The notes below the pieces were generated by a model that was not told where the DNA came from, searched no databases, and worked only from the letters and a program-made list of their open reading frames with translations. 64,000 bases of DNA from Octopus sinensis. Its lineage: Eukaryota. Below, in pieces: positions 23,730 to 36,930 of the stretch. The translations under genes and the position numbers were made by a program. The stretch covers positions 107,384,001 through 107,448,000 of the forward strand of contig NC_042998.1 of the NCBI RefSeq assembly GCF_006345805.1. The letters are read 5' to 3'. Positions within the stretch are counted from its first letter, which is position 1; each line of letters begins with the position of its first letter.

Positions 23730-25560
23730 CAAATGTACACAATAAAGGATTGGAGTAAAGGACAGCTGGAATTCCTAAATGGAAGGACCTACTGAGGGCT
23801 AAAGACCAAATCCAGCTGGGGCAAAGTTTCAGCCAGAACAAGGGTGATATGATGGTGGAAGTGAGATAAACAGGGCTATAAAAGCAAAGAACCAGGCTTG
23901 GAAAGATTGGAAAATGGAGGCAGCAAAGAATTATATCACAAAGGTAGCTAGATAACGGGTTTATTAAGCAAGGGCAGAAGTAGAAAGGGAAAAGTTTGCC
24001 AATGTCATACAGTATGAGGTGTTTTGGATTATTAGACAATCAGAAAGAATCGAGATGTAGGAGAGAAGTGTGTATGGATGTTTAATGATATGGAAGTATT
24101 ACTATGAAAGGGTATTAAATGTGGAAAATGCAAGGGATAATCTTTCCAACATGGACCCAACAGAAGGATCAGCTATCCTAGTATGATAGATATGGCAATT
24201 AAGGATATGAAGATAAGGAAAGCCCCTGATCTACTGTGTATCACAACTGAGATGCTTAAAATATCTGTAACCTAATGTCCATGTTGGCATAGATCCAGAG
24301 GCTGCATCATGAATGTCTGCTTTGGTATGGTTTCTACAGCTGGATGCCCTTCCTAATACCGACCCTAGCCCAATTAATTAGGAACAGAATTAGACTGGCT
24401 GAAGTTTGGTTTTGTGCCAGGGAGAAGTACTGCTGATGCCATCTTCCTAGTTAGAGAACTGCAGAAATACTGAGTTAAAAGTAAACCATTGCACTTGGCA
24501 TTTGTTGACCTGGAGAAAGCCCTCAACAGAGTCACTCCCTCTATGATCTGGTAATCTTTGAGGAAGTTAGGAGTAGATAAATGGCTTGTGAAAACCATGT
24601 ACACGGATACTATCAATAATTGAAAGTTAGTCATGAGTACAGTGATGATTTTTTACTAGGGCTTAGTTCTCTGTCCCCTTCCATTCATCATTGTCATCCA
24701 GGTCTAACAGAGGAGTTTATGATCTGTTACCCTTGGGAACTATTATATGACAATGATCCCATTCTCATAGCAGAATCTGAAGTAGATTTAGAAAATAAAT
24801 TCCAGGTATGGAAGCAAAACCTAGAATCAAAGGGCCTTGAAGTTAACTTAGCAAAGACTGAAGTTCTAGTAAGCAGGAAAACAGGAGTCAATACAATTCA
24901 AGTAAATGGCCCTGCTCAATATATAGGAAAGATGTAGACAGTAATTCCATATGGTGCAAGCTATGGACACACAAGTGGTGTTGTAGGCTCACAGAAAGTT
25001 TAATAGAGAAAGGAATATTTGTGTGTGTAAGATGCAGAGAAGCACTAAACATTCAGGACACATAGGAAATAGATTTTCTCAAATGCTCTGGAGATTCCCT
25101 AGAGGTAGTAGATTGTCTCTGTCACCTAAGTGACTTAATTAGCAGTGGAGGAAGAGGCTCTAAAAGTATAGTTGCTAGAATAAGAACAAAATGGAGAAAG
25201 TGAATGCAGAGGACATGCAAAGACTAAAAATGAATGGGTTTGCAATGTCAGTGTGCATGTACAACAAAGTGTTAATATACTGAGAGAAAAATTAGGCATA
25301 AGTGGAATCAGATGTAGTGTACAATAGAGAAGACTGCACTAGTTTGGTCATATTATGCATATGGATGAGGCAGCAGAATAAAGAAGTACTGGTTGCTTAA
25401 AGTGGATGGGACTTTTGAATGAGAGAGACCCAGAAAAACATGGGACTAAATAGTGAAAGCTGATGGAGCCTCATGGAGAAGCTGACATGGAACTGAGCTG
25501 GTTGGCAATTTGCTGTGATTGAGCAGACTGGTCCATCAGAGCAAAAATGAAATCCTGAAA
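23730..25560 (+). mobile_element. Decayed RTE LINE (RT domain), interrupted by a minus-strand RTE-tail insert at about 24270-24370
   Basis: FGFVPGRSTADAIFLVRELQ, LHLAFVDLEKALNRV, WELLYDNDPILIAESEVDLENKFQVWKQNLESKGLEVNLAKTEVLVS (ORF 24620-24937). Confidence 0.85.
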
Positions 25561-26149
25561 ACATTTTATTTATGTTTGTATGTGTTGATGCTGTCCCAAC
25601 ACCCATTTGCCTCATCAAGCATTCCCCACAGCTCACTCTTAACCCCTTCCCCTAACACCCATCACTTCTCTATCTATGGCATTACTCAATTGCTGTAATC
25701 ATTTGAGAGCAGAATCAGCACATATTACATCCCACCACACTCAACATTCATTCTTTGGGCTACTAGTTAACTTCTTCCCCACTGGAACATCTTCTATCCT
25801 TCATTATCATTCCTTTCTGCACTATTTTCACCAATCACCTCCTTGGCCATACTTCATCTTAATACTGCACATATCTCCTGTCGTTCTTAATTTCCTCTCA
25901 TAACTGCCATCACACCCTACTCACTATTGCCACTCTTATGTACTTCTACATCTTCCTTCCCACAGCGCCTACACCTTGCACATCATCTCCCTATGTTCTT
26001 AGTTATCCTTCTTCATATGCCACTGGTGTCTCTACCATCTTACCCACCCTCCATAACTTGTACCTTGAAGGTTTGCTCTGGCTTCCCATCACTAGCCATT
26101 ATCTTCCCATTTATTCCCAACCACCCTTAAAAAAGGCAGGGTAGCCATG

Positions 26150-26505
26150 TCTTTTCTCTATAGCAAGATACCTGCATTTGTCCCACTACCATATTTTAAC
26201 TTCTCAACACTTGGGATAAAGCCACATCCCTTCTCTCAAATAGTCCCTCCACCAATGAGTCAGGAGGGCTTTTCTTTTCCCTTTCCGTATTCTTACCTGT
26301 TTTGTAAGTTACTTGGTGACCTCACTGGTGCTGGTGGCACAAGAAAAGTACTTAGTACACACTGTTAAGTGGTTGGTATTAGGAAGAGTATCAAGCTGCA
26401 GAAACCATGCCAAGCTGACATTAGAGCTTGACACAGTCCTGCAAACTTGTTAAACCATCAAACTCATGCAAACCTTAAATAGTGATGATAATGATGATGA
26501 TGAAG
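26150..26505 (+). mobile_element. RTE LINE 3'-UTR fragment
   Basis: GTAAGTTACTTGGTGACC...GGTTGGTATTAGGAAGAGTATCAAGCTGCAGAAACCATGCC followed by a (GAT)n tail. Confidence 0.7.
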
Positions 26506-27259
26506 AACCATTAATTTATTACTACACATTTATTTTCATCTCTGAACTTTGCTCAATTTGTAGAAATCCCAATACATTTAACAGTATTCTTTTAAGAAAG
26601 CAAAACAGAAAACACCAGCCAGCAGTTTTGGGTGGTCTCCACTTCTTTTCATGACACCAATATTCTGACTGCAGCTTGTAAGTCTATTTATTGTTAGCTA
26701 CCCCATCCACTTCTAGAAATTCAAACTTTACAAACAAAACATACAGCTTACCCTAAGACCTGCTTTTGATCCAAAACAAATCTAATATACTGTAGACATA
26801 CACTACCTCTCTCCTTTCTTAATATACCCCTGGCTTTCTCTTTTCTTCATTGCCTTTGCTGTTTGAGCACTCTTAGCAGTATTATGGAGACATAAGGCCA
26901 CAATGAAGGCTGCTCAATTAGGAGAGCAGAAATTTTTAATCAAAACTCTGCAGGAGGATAATATGAACTCTGAACAAAGACAACCTATCTAGAAGAACAG
27001 TAATTCTAAATAAAAATGGACACAAAGTAGTAAGGACTCTTTATTTTGGCAAACAACCTCTCTAGTATTTGTGATATGATAAAGTACATCTAGTCCATGT
27101 GTAAAGTATTTGATGACAGGAAAGGAATAAAACCCATTAAATCATACTAAAATTAAGACAGCCACAATCCTTATATGCAGGAGTAGTACTTGTGTTAATA
27201 CTGCAATGGTATTGAGAATGACCAATGCACTTGGCATAATTGACATTAAGAAAAAGACA

Positions 27260-28175
27260 TGGAAGTGTTGTACAAGAGGTTGCTGAATACGGAGAATGCA
27301 TGTGAGAAAGAAGGCCTATCTTATGGAGAATTAAGAGAGATCAGATATTGAAGTTGACTGATGTATAATCAAAAGCATGATTAAGGATATAAGAGCAAGG
27401 ATAGTAGATATGATGCTAAAAATAACAACAATGTAAGGCTTGCATTAGTCACTTGCATCAGTGTTAAATTGATGGACAAAGTTATGAGGAAAATAGAAAA
27501 ATTTATAGCGTAACAGATTAGCAAATAAATTAGTTTAGATGAGATTCAGTTTAGGTTTGTGTTGAGTCAAGGTACCTTTGATTCTCTTTTCACAGAGAGT
27601 CAATTACAACAAAAGTTCTTAGCTAAAAGTAAGCTACTATATCTAGCAGTCACCAGTCTGGAGAGAGACTTTGATAGGGTACCTTGCTTATAGTCTGGTG
27701 GTCACTAAGAAAGCTAGATATAGCTGAAGGGCTTCTGAGCAAAGTACTGAAGTAAGTCAGCAAGTTGAGAGTTAGTAATGAGTTCAAAAAGGAATTTAGC
27801 CAATGTAATGAGGTAAGCATGCTTCCTTGGATGTATATTAGGTTGCATGAATGATGGAACGCATATCAGCTAAGAGAAAAAAATGGGTAAAAGAGGAATC
27901 AGATGTATGGCATAAAAGAGTAAGAAAGGATAATGTAATGCTACAGACATGATGTATTTGGAGGATGGAAGTTGAATTAAGAAGTGATAAACAATCTAAG
28001 TGGAATGAGTCTGTAGAAGAGGAAAACATGGGAAGAAGTGGTGAAGGATGATCTCAAGATACTTAGTTTCATGAGAGAGTTGAAAAAGGATCTCAAATGG
28101 CATGTTGTGCTGGAGAAGATCACATCCAAACCAAGCAAGCAAGGAAAAAGAAAGGACATAATGATGATAATTGAT
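27260..28175 (+). mobile_element. Decayed RTE LINE with a short 3' UTR
   Basis: QFRFV-like RT motif, C-terminal RKTWEEVVKDDL, then directly CATCCAAACCAAGCAAGCAAGGAAAAAG...ATAATGATGATAATTGATG. Confidence 0.65.
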
Positions 28176-30559
28176 GGAAGCTGTAAGATTAAAGAAAGAA
28201 ATAAAATGCTAGTTTGCATCAGCTACAGTAGCTTTAGCAAAATTAGATACTATTTGGAAAAATAAACAAGATAACACAACTAAAAAAAATTGTTTTTCTG
28301 GGGTGGGGGAATAATGATAATTGAAAAATGCACTCTTTCAGTACAAATCGTAGTTGTTAGACTCTGAAAGGACAATGGCCATTTATTGACAAACCTCCAG
28401 TAAAGTTATTTTTTGCAGCAGCTTCTGACCACTAATGACTTCTTGTGGAGACACAACATATATAACATTGCTGTGATGTACCTCTCATACATAATGGAGT
28501 CAAAACTATTACAAAGACTAGGGCCCTTTTCACTAGTATACAACTTCAGCACATAGCAACTGACTTTAGAAATTTGAGGTGGATGGCATGTATATCTGCT
28601 TACATTGCACAGCAAGTTGACTTGATAAAGTCACAAATAAGATGCTACAGGGCAACTTCATGAAACGCAGTCAGAAGTTAGCTACTAATCATCTCAAACT
28701 AGTGACTAACTATGACACGGACTGTGGTGTAGATAGCTTTCAAATTAGAAATAATAACTAACTACCACATAACCATATAGCATGGGTGGCAAAAACTACA
28801 GTAATCGCTGAGAGAATTAGAGAAGTTTGTGGGAACCAGAAAATTGAAGTTAATGTTTGAAAACCTTTGAGGAATTTTGGAAAGTGGTTCAAGCTACCTA
28901 TTGAATAGCTGCAAATGTTGATAGCTCTAATTCAAAAGTTATTTTGTGACAGCTCTGAAATGAAACTATCTTTCAATATTTTGTATACCAATGTGTATTT
29001 ATTAATATTATACACATAAATCAACTGTGATTACAAGTATAATCAACATAGACATATTTTTCAAAATTAATTGCTGAATAATTAAAATTAATGTTTCACA
29101 CAGGTAATTAACTAAAATTGTATATTATCTGCCCCAAATCCAAAGAAGGGCAGTACCTTCATGGGCCTTGCAGACCCTTTTGGACTTAGAGACAAAAGTA
29201 GGTTCATGAAGCTAATGTAGTTAATATTCAGTCTAAATTATTAAAAAAAATATTTTATGAAGAAAACATTTGCTAATTACAGTTCTGAGGTGGAAGTATT
29301 GAATAAAAAATTGATTGGATTAAATAATTTGAATGTCTGTGATAATTAAGACTATCTTTTTTTATATATATAACACCTAATCAACTCTGACTTGTAATTC
29401 ATGTTCTAATATCAATTGCTCTCACTATGACATAAGTTAATAGTATTTGCTTTTCTTTCACAACAAAACCATTAAATACCATTTATTAACATTTCTCTTT
29501 ATAAACATTAATTTACCATTGTTTTGATAGTCATATTTTATCACTCCCACCCAAACACACTCAAAGCACTTGCATCCCCACTCCCTGTATCATTCATTAT
29601 ATGCTGGCTTTATTGACATTCCAGTCATGGGTATTGTCTTTTATCCTGGTATATTATTTTCTGAATTGAAATTTTCAATATGGTTTTACCATTTTAAAAT
29701 AGTAGGGAGTAGGTTAAAAAAGATTTGGCTGTTATCTCAAGCTTGTCCAAAAACTATGTACAAGCTCCTATATTGGAACAAAGTAGGATGTAGACTATCA
29801 GAGATGAAGGAGAAACAGCAACTGTCATACTACAGCTGAAACCTCTTTACTTACCTCTAGTGAAGCTCCTACTAGAGACTGCAAGTATACGGGAATAGTG
29901 AAAGACATGAAACACTCAGATTGTCACAATTCATTCCTTTCATAGAATAAACTGCTCTCAGTTGGGAATAGTCTATCTAAAAAGCTATGGATCACACCCT
30001 GTTGTACAACTAACTATATAAATATCATACAGCTGTTCAACAAGGGTTCACTAAATCTAAATAACAACAACCTACACAACATATTTCACTTTCTGACCAG
30101 TCATCCTGTCTCAAGATGCATTCCTCTGTAATTCCATCTATGCTCATGTTTTTGTCTCATAGATTAACTACTCGTTATCTCTAATTCCCTGAAGAGGGAT
30201 AACATTTACTCATCCTCACCAGACTAACAAATAATTAATTTAGAATGGGTACATAATTATTATAATCAATACCAAAACAGACAATTGAAGCCTGATGCAA
30301 CTCTCTGGCAAGCTTCAGTCAAACCATCTAACCCATGCCGGTATGGAAAGTAGACACTAAGTGATGATAATGATAGTATAAGATCAAAGATTTGTAAAAG
30401 TGGATTGAGTAAGTGTAATTGTTTCAAAACCCTTTGCAACTGATAGCCATTTTATCCACCCTGGAAAAAATTTGAACTTTGTCGGGGTAAGTAACTATAT
30501 ACCAATAAAAAAAAACTGAGTCCAACTTTCTACCATCTCAACCACTCCAACAACAGCAA

Positions 30560-30790
30560 TAATTTAAGAACTGTGGTTGGCAGAAACATTAGAGTGTTAG
30601 ACAAAATATCTTGCAGAATTTGTTAACTCTAAACATTCTGAGTTCAAATCTTAAAATGCAAATCCTCTGCATTTCATCCTTTCAGTGTTGATAAAATAAA
30701 AAATCATTCAAGTACTGGAGTTAATATAATCTACTACTTCCCACATCCCAAATTTCTGATCATGTGCCTACATAAGAAATTAATATTAAT
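30560..30790 (+). mobile_element. tRNA-derived SINE (same family as 40420-40815), degenerate
   Basis: CATTCTGAGTTCAAAT (B-box-like) and GCATTTCATCCTTTCAGTGTTGATAAAATAA central block. Confidence 0.6.
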
Positions 30791-31854
30791 AATAGCATTT
30801 CTGTATTTGATGAAACATTCAGCAAGTTGATAATGTTAGCTAAACCATGTACCTGTAATAGAGAGGATAAAGGACACCTACTATAGCTACAACAGAGCTA
30901 GACAGATTTAAGAGCTATTGTAAAATAAAATATTAAATACTAGCAACAACAGAACATTTAAATGGTCACTTGTGGCAAGAAATAGCAGCTTGCTATTTTA
31001 CATAAAGAAATGGTACATTAGATAATGTGGCTCTGAATACCATTAAAAAGATAAGGTAGTCATGGTTGGAATGTCTTTGATTATCAAACTGCTTGATTGG
31101 GATTCACCTCAAGAACAACTTTTAATGTTAATCTTTTTAAAATGACTGAGTGATGCACACACACAAACATGTGTGTGTTCGTGTATGTACATGTGTGAAT
31201 ATGTATTTATCAGGTTGTTTTAGAACAATTATTTAATGTTCTTAGCTGACATGGCTTAAGACTTATAGATTATAGCTGATTAGTATTTCCATTTCAACTT
31301 TATTTACCACTGGGCCAATGACTATGGAATTAGAACTATTTAAGACCTATTTAGCTTATTTGTTTACTGACAACTATAAAAGCACACAAAAATTTGAAGT
31401 ATGAGGAACAGTTTAAACTTGCAGATAAATGTGAATTAGCATGGGTCCACTGACTAGCTTATTTCAATGTATTGATAATTACAAGCACATAAAGTTTCAA
31501 CTTTATATAGGAAAACCTGCCAGAAATAACAGCCAAATCTGTACTCTCCAATGTGAGAAAAAGGAAAGACATGTCAGCTAATACAGTCATAAAATACTTA
31601 AAATTAACTCTCCAGTGGTGCAGTTCTGTATTTTTCATAGCTAGTGTGGTGGGGTATGGAGAACTCCACTCACAGTTTAGCTAATTTTAGTACTTTTTAT
31701 TTCTTTATATGTGTTCTTAATAATTTTACCAAAAAACATATTCTGATATAATGTATTTATTTAACATCTAAGCAAAAACAAATGAGTACTCTTTGAAAAT
31801 GAAGGTCAAACAAAATAAAACTATTTTTTGGTGGGCAGAGTGCTCCTTTCATGT

Positions 31855-33440
31855 TTACTCATTGTTTGCACTATCATCCTCATCACTCTGAGCAAAGCAG
31901 TCAATCCAAATGTATATAGCATGTTCCAAGTAGATGGGCTCATAGCACTTCTGGTAGAAATTTATTGTCTTATGATCCTTTGCTATGGGGCACAATGAGC
32001 ATCTTTGTATGGAATCTTCACAATGACATTTTAGAGGTAATTCCTTAGATGCCGAGAAATGTTGAATCTTCCTTTTCAAGTCTTTCCTCAAAAATGGGTT
32101 TGTCTTCTGATGATGGATATGGTCATCCACCAACTTGAGTCCCAGTTTCCTCAGAAACTTTCAGCACCTGACAGCTGTTTGAGAGTTTTCCATGAATATA
32201 TTGTATGCATTTTTCCTGCAACATTGAGTATGGTGTAGAAAACTGTAACTGGCCAATGTCAAGTGTTTCTGGAAACATTGTAGATGGAACACAACTGATC
32301 CACAGTGTCTGTAGAAAGTAATAATCTCTGGTTTTCTTTTTTCTTTTGTATTTTCATCAATTGCAGCATCATGATGCATTGTGCTCAGTAGGACAACATT
32401 TTTACCTTTCTTGGAAACATATGAGGTCAGTGTAACATCCTTCTGGAAACTAAACAAGTTTGTGTATTCAGTTCTGCCTCTTGTGGCAACAAACTGAGGG
32501 GGAAGTTCTTTCTTGTTCTTTCTCAGAGTTCCAACTAATGTTAACCTGTAATTCTTCAAGAGACCAACTGCAAGCCCGTAACTTGTAAACCAATTATCCA
32601 TAGTAATATTTCTTCCAGGCCCATTTATATAAGACACCAACCATTTTACCACTGCTGCTCCTGAATTATCTACAATAGAAGAGCCTTCTGGTTGTTTCCC
32701 CAAGTAGACCTCCATACATTGAAAGTTTTAGCATCTGCCAAAATATATTTTTATGCCATGTTTTGCTGGTTTACTTAGCATGTAGACCCTGAATGGACAG
32801 TTCCCTCTAAAGGCAGCTAACATTTCATTATAATTGGAGACATTATAACTGGAGATACAATTATCAATAAATTTCTCAAAGAACATGCTAAAAGGTGCCA
32901 ACTTATCTTCCAGCCTCCTTTCAGCCATCAAACCTCATAGACCTCAGCAGGAAACAAAATCACTGCATAGTTAGTGGAAAAATTTCAATTCCTGTACTAT
33001 CAGTTGCCCAAACATCTTCCATATTCATTCAGTTAACACTAAAAACTCCTAACAGATAAAGCAGTCCTATTACAGCTTCCATCTCCCTTCCATTAGTATG
33101 ACCTTCTTTTGGCTTAGCTTTATATTTTCTTTGTTTATTGTCAATGTAGATATTAGTGCAAGCTACTAATTCATTCAGAAGTTCTTGTGTGAGAAACAAA
33201 GACCAGCAGTCCTTTGCAGCATACACATATTTTGCTGCTTCTCTTGGTCCTGGTGAATCCTGGTATATGTTGTGTGCATGTGTATGCCATGAAAGACATG
33301 GGGGAACTTCTTTCCAGAGAGTTTTATTATTTTTGCCTATAAACTGCTTTTCTGTATTCTTGGTAGCCTGCTGTTCATCATCATTAGCTTCATCTGTTTC
33401 TTCTAAAGGATCATCTGGTGAAGTACTCCAATATATACAA
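31855..33440 (-). pseudogene. piggyBac transposase pseudogene, frameshifted with an internal deletion
   Basis: Acidic N-terminus; WSLFLTQELLNELVACTN; FRGNCPFRVYMLSKPAKHGIKI; GRNITMDNWFTS; VGTLRKNKKELP; NVVLLSTMH; KPEIITFY; Cys-rich C-terminus RCSLCP. Split over several frames, and the first catalytic Asp region reads SNYNEML. Confidence 0.92.
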
Positions 33441-33981
33441 AAAGATGGGTTAGTTATAGCTGGAATGGCTCAGCAAGATTTGAACTAGCAACAAAAACGG
33501 AAACACTAAAACAGGCAAGGTATATAAGCAACAATATATATATATATATAAAGAAGATAATTCTGATCACATCATACGTTTATGTACAGACCACACTCAC
33601 ACATCACCTAAAAACAAAAAAATATTGAAAAGGAAAGACAACTTGGACATGGTACTGCTTGTTTCTGCAACAAGTTACAACTCACACAGTACCTGTCACT
33701 ATGTGTTCACCCCAATCCTTAAAACATATTTACAACATCTCAGAACACCACAGAACTATCCTAAGTGTATGAGAGAGAGCATTTGTGTGATGGCTTGGCT
33801 TATAGAGTTGTCAAATAGCACACTACCATCTTGAAAGAGAATAGAAACATTGAATAATGTAGCCCTTGATGTAATATTCAAGAGAATGATAGGATCTGCT
33901 CAGTCATGGTTGACTTAGGGCTAAACAACTACAACACCATCCTAACACTATTCTTCCTGTTCAGTTGAGACAAAACAATAT

Positions 33982-34670
33982 GCATAGGTGTTGGTATGGG
34001 TTGCAACCATGTGGTTTCAGATTCAGTCCCACTGTTTGGCACCTTTGGCAAGTGCCTTCTACTACAGTCCTGGGCAAAACAAAGCCTTGTCACTGGATTT
34101 GGGAATCAGAAACTGAATGAAGTCCATTGTGTGTGAGTCCAACCCATGCCAGCATGGAAAACGGACATTAAAGGAGGATTATATATATATATATATATAT
34201 ATATAAGTTCAGCAAAATTTAGATTCAAATGAATATGATACTTAAGTTAGATGCACCAGAATTTTGTACGGTGTTATCCATATAAATCCATGGGGTGATT
34301 ATAATCAAAGTAAGCAACAAGAATATCTTCCGTAATTTGGTACGATCGTTTCACGCTACATCATTTTATTAAATATTGTAAGTATTACATCAGTTTTAAA
34401 ATGTTGAGCAATCATGTCATTCATAGAGGTTTTCCATCAATACATATATTTATTTCCATGTTAATTGATAACATTATAAAGAGGGTAGATATACAGACAG
34501 AGATATCAATTAACATGGAAATAAGTATATGTATTGATGGAAAACCTCTATGAATAACTGATGATTGCTCAACATTTTAAAACTGATGTAATACTTACAA
34601 TGTTTAATAAAATGATGTAGCGTGAAATGATCGTACCAAATTACGGAAGATATTCTTGTTGCTTACTTTG

Positions 34671-34706
<36 letters not shown>

Positions 34707-34937
34707 AAGAGAGAGAGAGAGATGTACTCTTGTCTTGATATTGTGTGACAGTTGTGAATAAGCATCACCATCCTACAAGGGATGTTCTTTGTTTCTAGTC
34801 TTCTGTGGAAAAACATGCCTGGCCATAGGGAAATATTACCTTGCTGGAAAACAGTGACAGACAGTCACAGGAAGGGTATCCAGCCATAGAAAATCTGCCT
34901 CAACATGGAAAAGGGAAATGTTAAAACAATGATGATG
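33982..34937 (+). mobile_element. tRNA-derived SINE split at its internal microsatellite (5' half 33982-34137, 3' half 34721-34937)
   Basis: Both halves align in order to the contiguous copy at about 62685-62990 (CCAAAACCTTGTGAGTGGATTTGG...GTCTTGAC...ATAAGCATCA...TGGCCATGGGAAATATTA...CAGGAAGGGCA). Confidence 0.75.
34300..34676. mobile_element. Near-perfect fold-back MITE in a TA context (Tc1/mariner-type)
   Basis: Arms 34300-34470 and 34504-34676 differ by about 4 substitutions and one 2-nt indel. The spacer is 33 nt and both ends read TATA. Confidence 0.92.
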
Positions 34938-35049
34938 TATCTATGTACTCTGCAAAAATGTACAAATGTACCCAGTAAAAGGCTGAACTAAGCTTGAAAT
35001 CTTAAACAACTTTTGTTGGAAACTTGCTCTTCCTAACCAAAATATGTGG

Positions 35050-36930
35050 GAGACACAGACTCAATGCTTTAGCTTTTTTATTGGTTTGATTTGAAATAAA
35101 GGGCTGTACCCATCGTCTTTGAGACCGGTGTAGATTCCTCTTTGAGCAATGTCAGAGTGATGCCCAAAAAGAAGAAAATGGTCAGAGAAGGAATTCTGCA
35201 AAGCTGAACTGTCATTCTAGGAAGGAAGGACTGGGCATAGTGGTTAGTGCAAATCAAGGGGGTGGGGCTGGACACAGTATGAGTAATGAAAGGAAGCAAG
35301 ACAAATCAAGAGTATATGAAACCAGCCAGCTCCAAGGAGTATAGAATCAACTGTACTAGAAGTTGAAAAGGTAAAGTGAGGTGACAGCATATGCCTGGAC
35401 TAAAACTTAGAATTTTTTTGCTCTGGAGAGGAAGGTTAGTTTTTGTGATGCACTTTGTAGCAACCTTGAGGGTTCTAATTGTAAGTTGTTCATGTTTAGG
35501 GAGGAGAGTGTATACCAGTTTTTTTTTATGTGTAGTGATTATGTATGTGATATTGATATGACCTCATTGGAGAATCGTTACTTTGAAGTGAATGGCAGTC
35601 CTGATGGAGTGGAAAGAGACAAAATGTGCATAGTGAAGTTGAATACATACATAGAGGGTTTTGTCTGTGGTACTAGAGAACTGGAAGGGAGAATGATTCC
35701 ACAAAGTTTGACAAGGACCCCAGAAATTAGCTGCACTTTGGGAAGTTTTAGATAATGGTCTTGAAGGAGATGTAGTACTGGCTAAGAGCCAACAAGTTTA
35801 CAGTAGTAAGTGATTTTTCTCCAAGTGTTGCAGGTCAGGTCTGTTGCCTGAACTATTGCAATGCAGCTATGAAAGCACCACTTTGTGATTCGGGGTCCCA
35901 AGTTTTGGCTATGTGTGGGATGTGGAAGGCCATTCTAAAGAGGATGGTTTCAATCACTTACCTAGCTGTACTTGATGGTTCAGTGATAACACTTACTACC
36001 AGAGATAGTTAATAGGATTGAGTTCCAACTTGGCTTCAAGTGCCACAGAGCGCAGTAGGTAGAAGTGTTGCTTTGTATGTGAATGTGTGGATGGTAATCT
36101 CAATGAGACATTGGTTAAAACCAATAGATGTAGAAATATAGATAGTTCAGTAGAGACTAGATTTGAAGGTGAAAAAGAGATAACAGATGTGATGTTTAGA
36201 TTTCTGTGTTAGTTAGGGATGCAGGGGATGAAATTAATTGGTGTAAAACAATGGAGATTGCAACCATCAGTATGAGAAGAGTGGAAAGCACTGAAGATAC
36301 CAAGGATGATACATAAAAAAAATGTGAGGTGAGATATATTTCTTTGATAAAGATTGAAGAGGATTGGGTTGCTAGAAGAGTTTGAGCCAAAGTAACTGTA
36401 AGACCTTACTGCTGATGTCCAGGGGGGAGTGATGAGTGTTAAGAAGAGTAGACTTTATATAGGTACAGAAACCTCCTTTCAAAACGAAGTACAAAGCGTA
36501 GCTTGGACAGCAGAAATGAACTATAAAATACCAGGTAAGAGCTTGGTTTTGAGACAAATAAGGTATATAACTTGCATATTAATAAGACATGATGTATAAG
36601 GTCAAGGTTGGATTAGATTCCACAGATATTAGTAAAGAGAATGGAAAATTATCTAGAAGATTTATTGTTATTTATTAATTGGGGGGAGGGGAGGGGAATC
36701 AAGGAAAGTGCAGTGGATATCAGTGAACCACGGGATCACAATAACAATAAATTTTTTGTCAAGTGCCTGGTCACAAACATTTGCAACAGAGCTTAATATC
36801 ACTTCTATGGGCCTGGAAATGATATCAAATTGTGTGGTACCACCACTCCAAAAAAAAAAAAGACTTCCTATATGTTCACTTAGCTCATTATATATAGCAG
36901 GATTCATTAGATAATATGACATCAGTCACA
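35050..36930 (-). mobile_element. Decayed CR1/Jockey-like LINE remnant
   Basis: SRPIEVILSSVANV (YRPIxLLS-like), LDISSKV (LDISKAFD-like), SSVLSTLLIL (GSVLSPxLF-like) and 3' HYAQSFLPRMTVQL. Confidence 0.6.

Noticed and set aside
31600-33800. TTAA-bounded TIRs for the piggyBac pseudogene
   Set aside because: TTAACTCTCC near 31604 has no matching partner on the other side, so element ends were not called.
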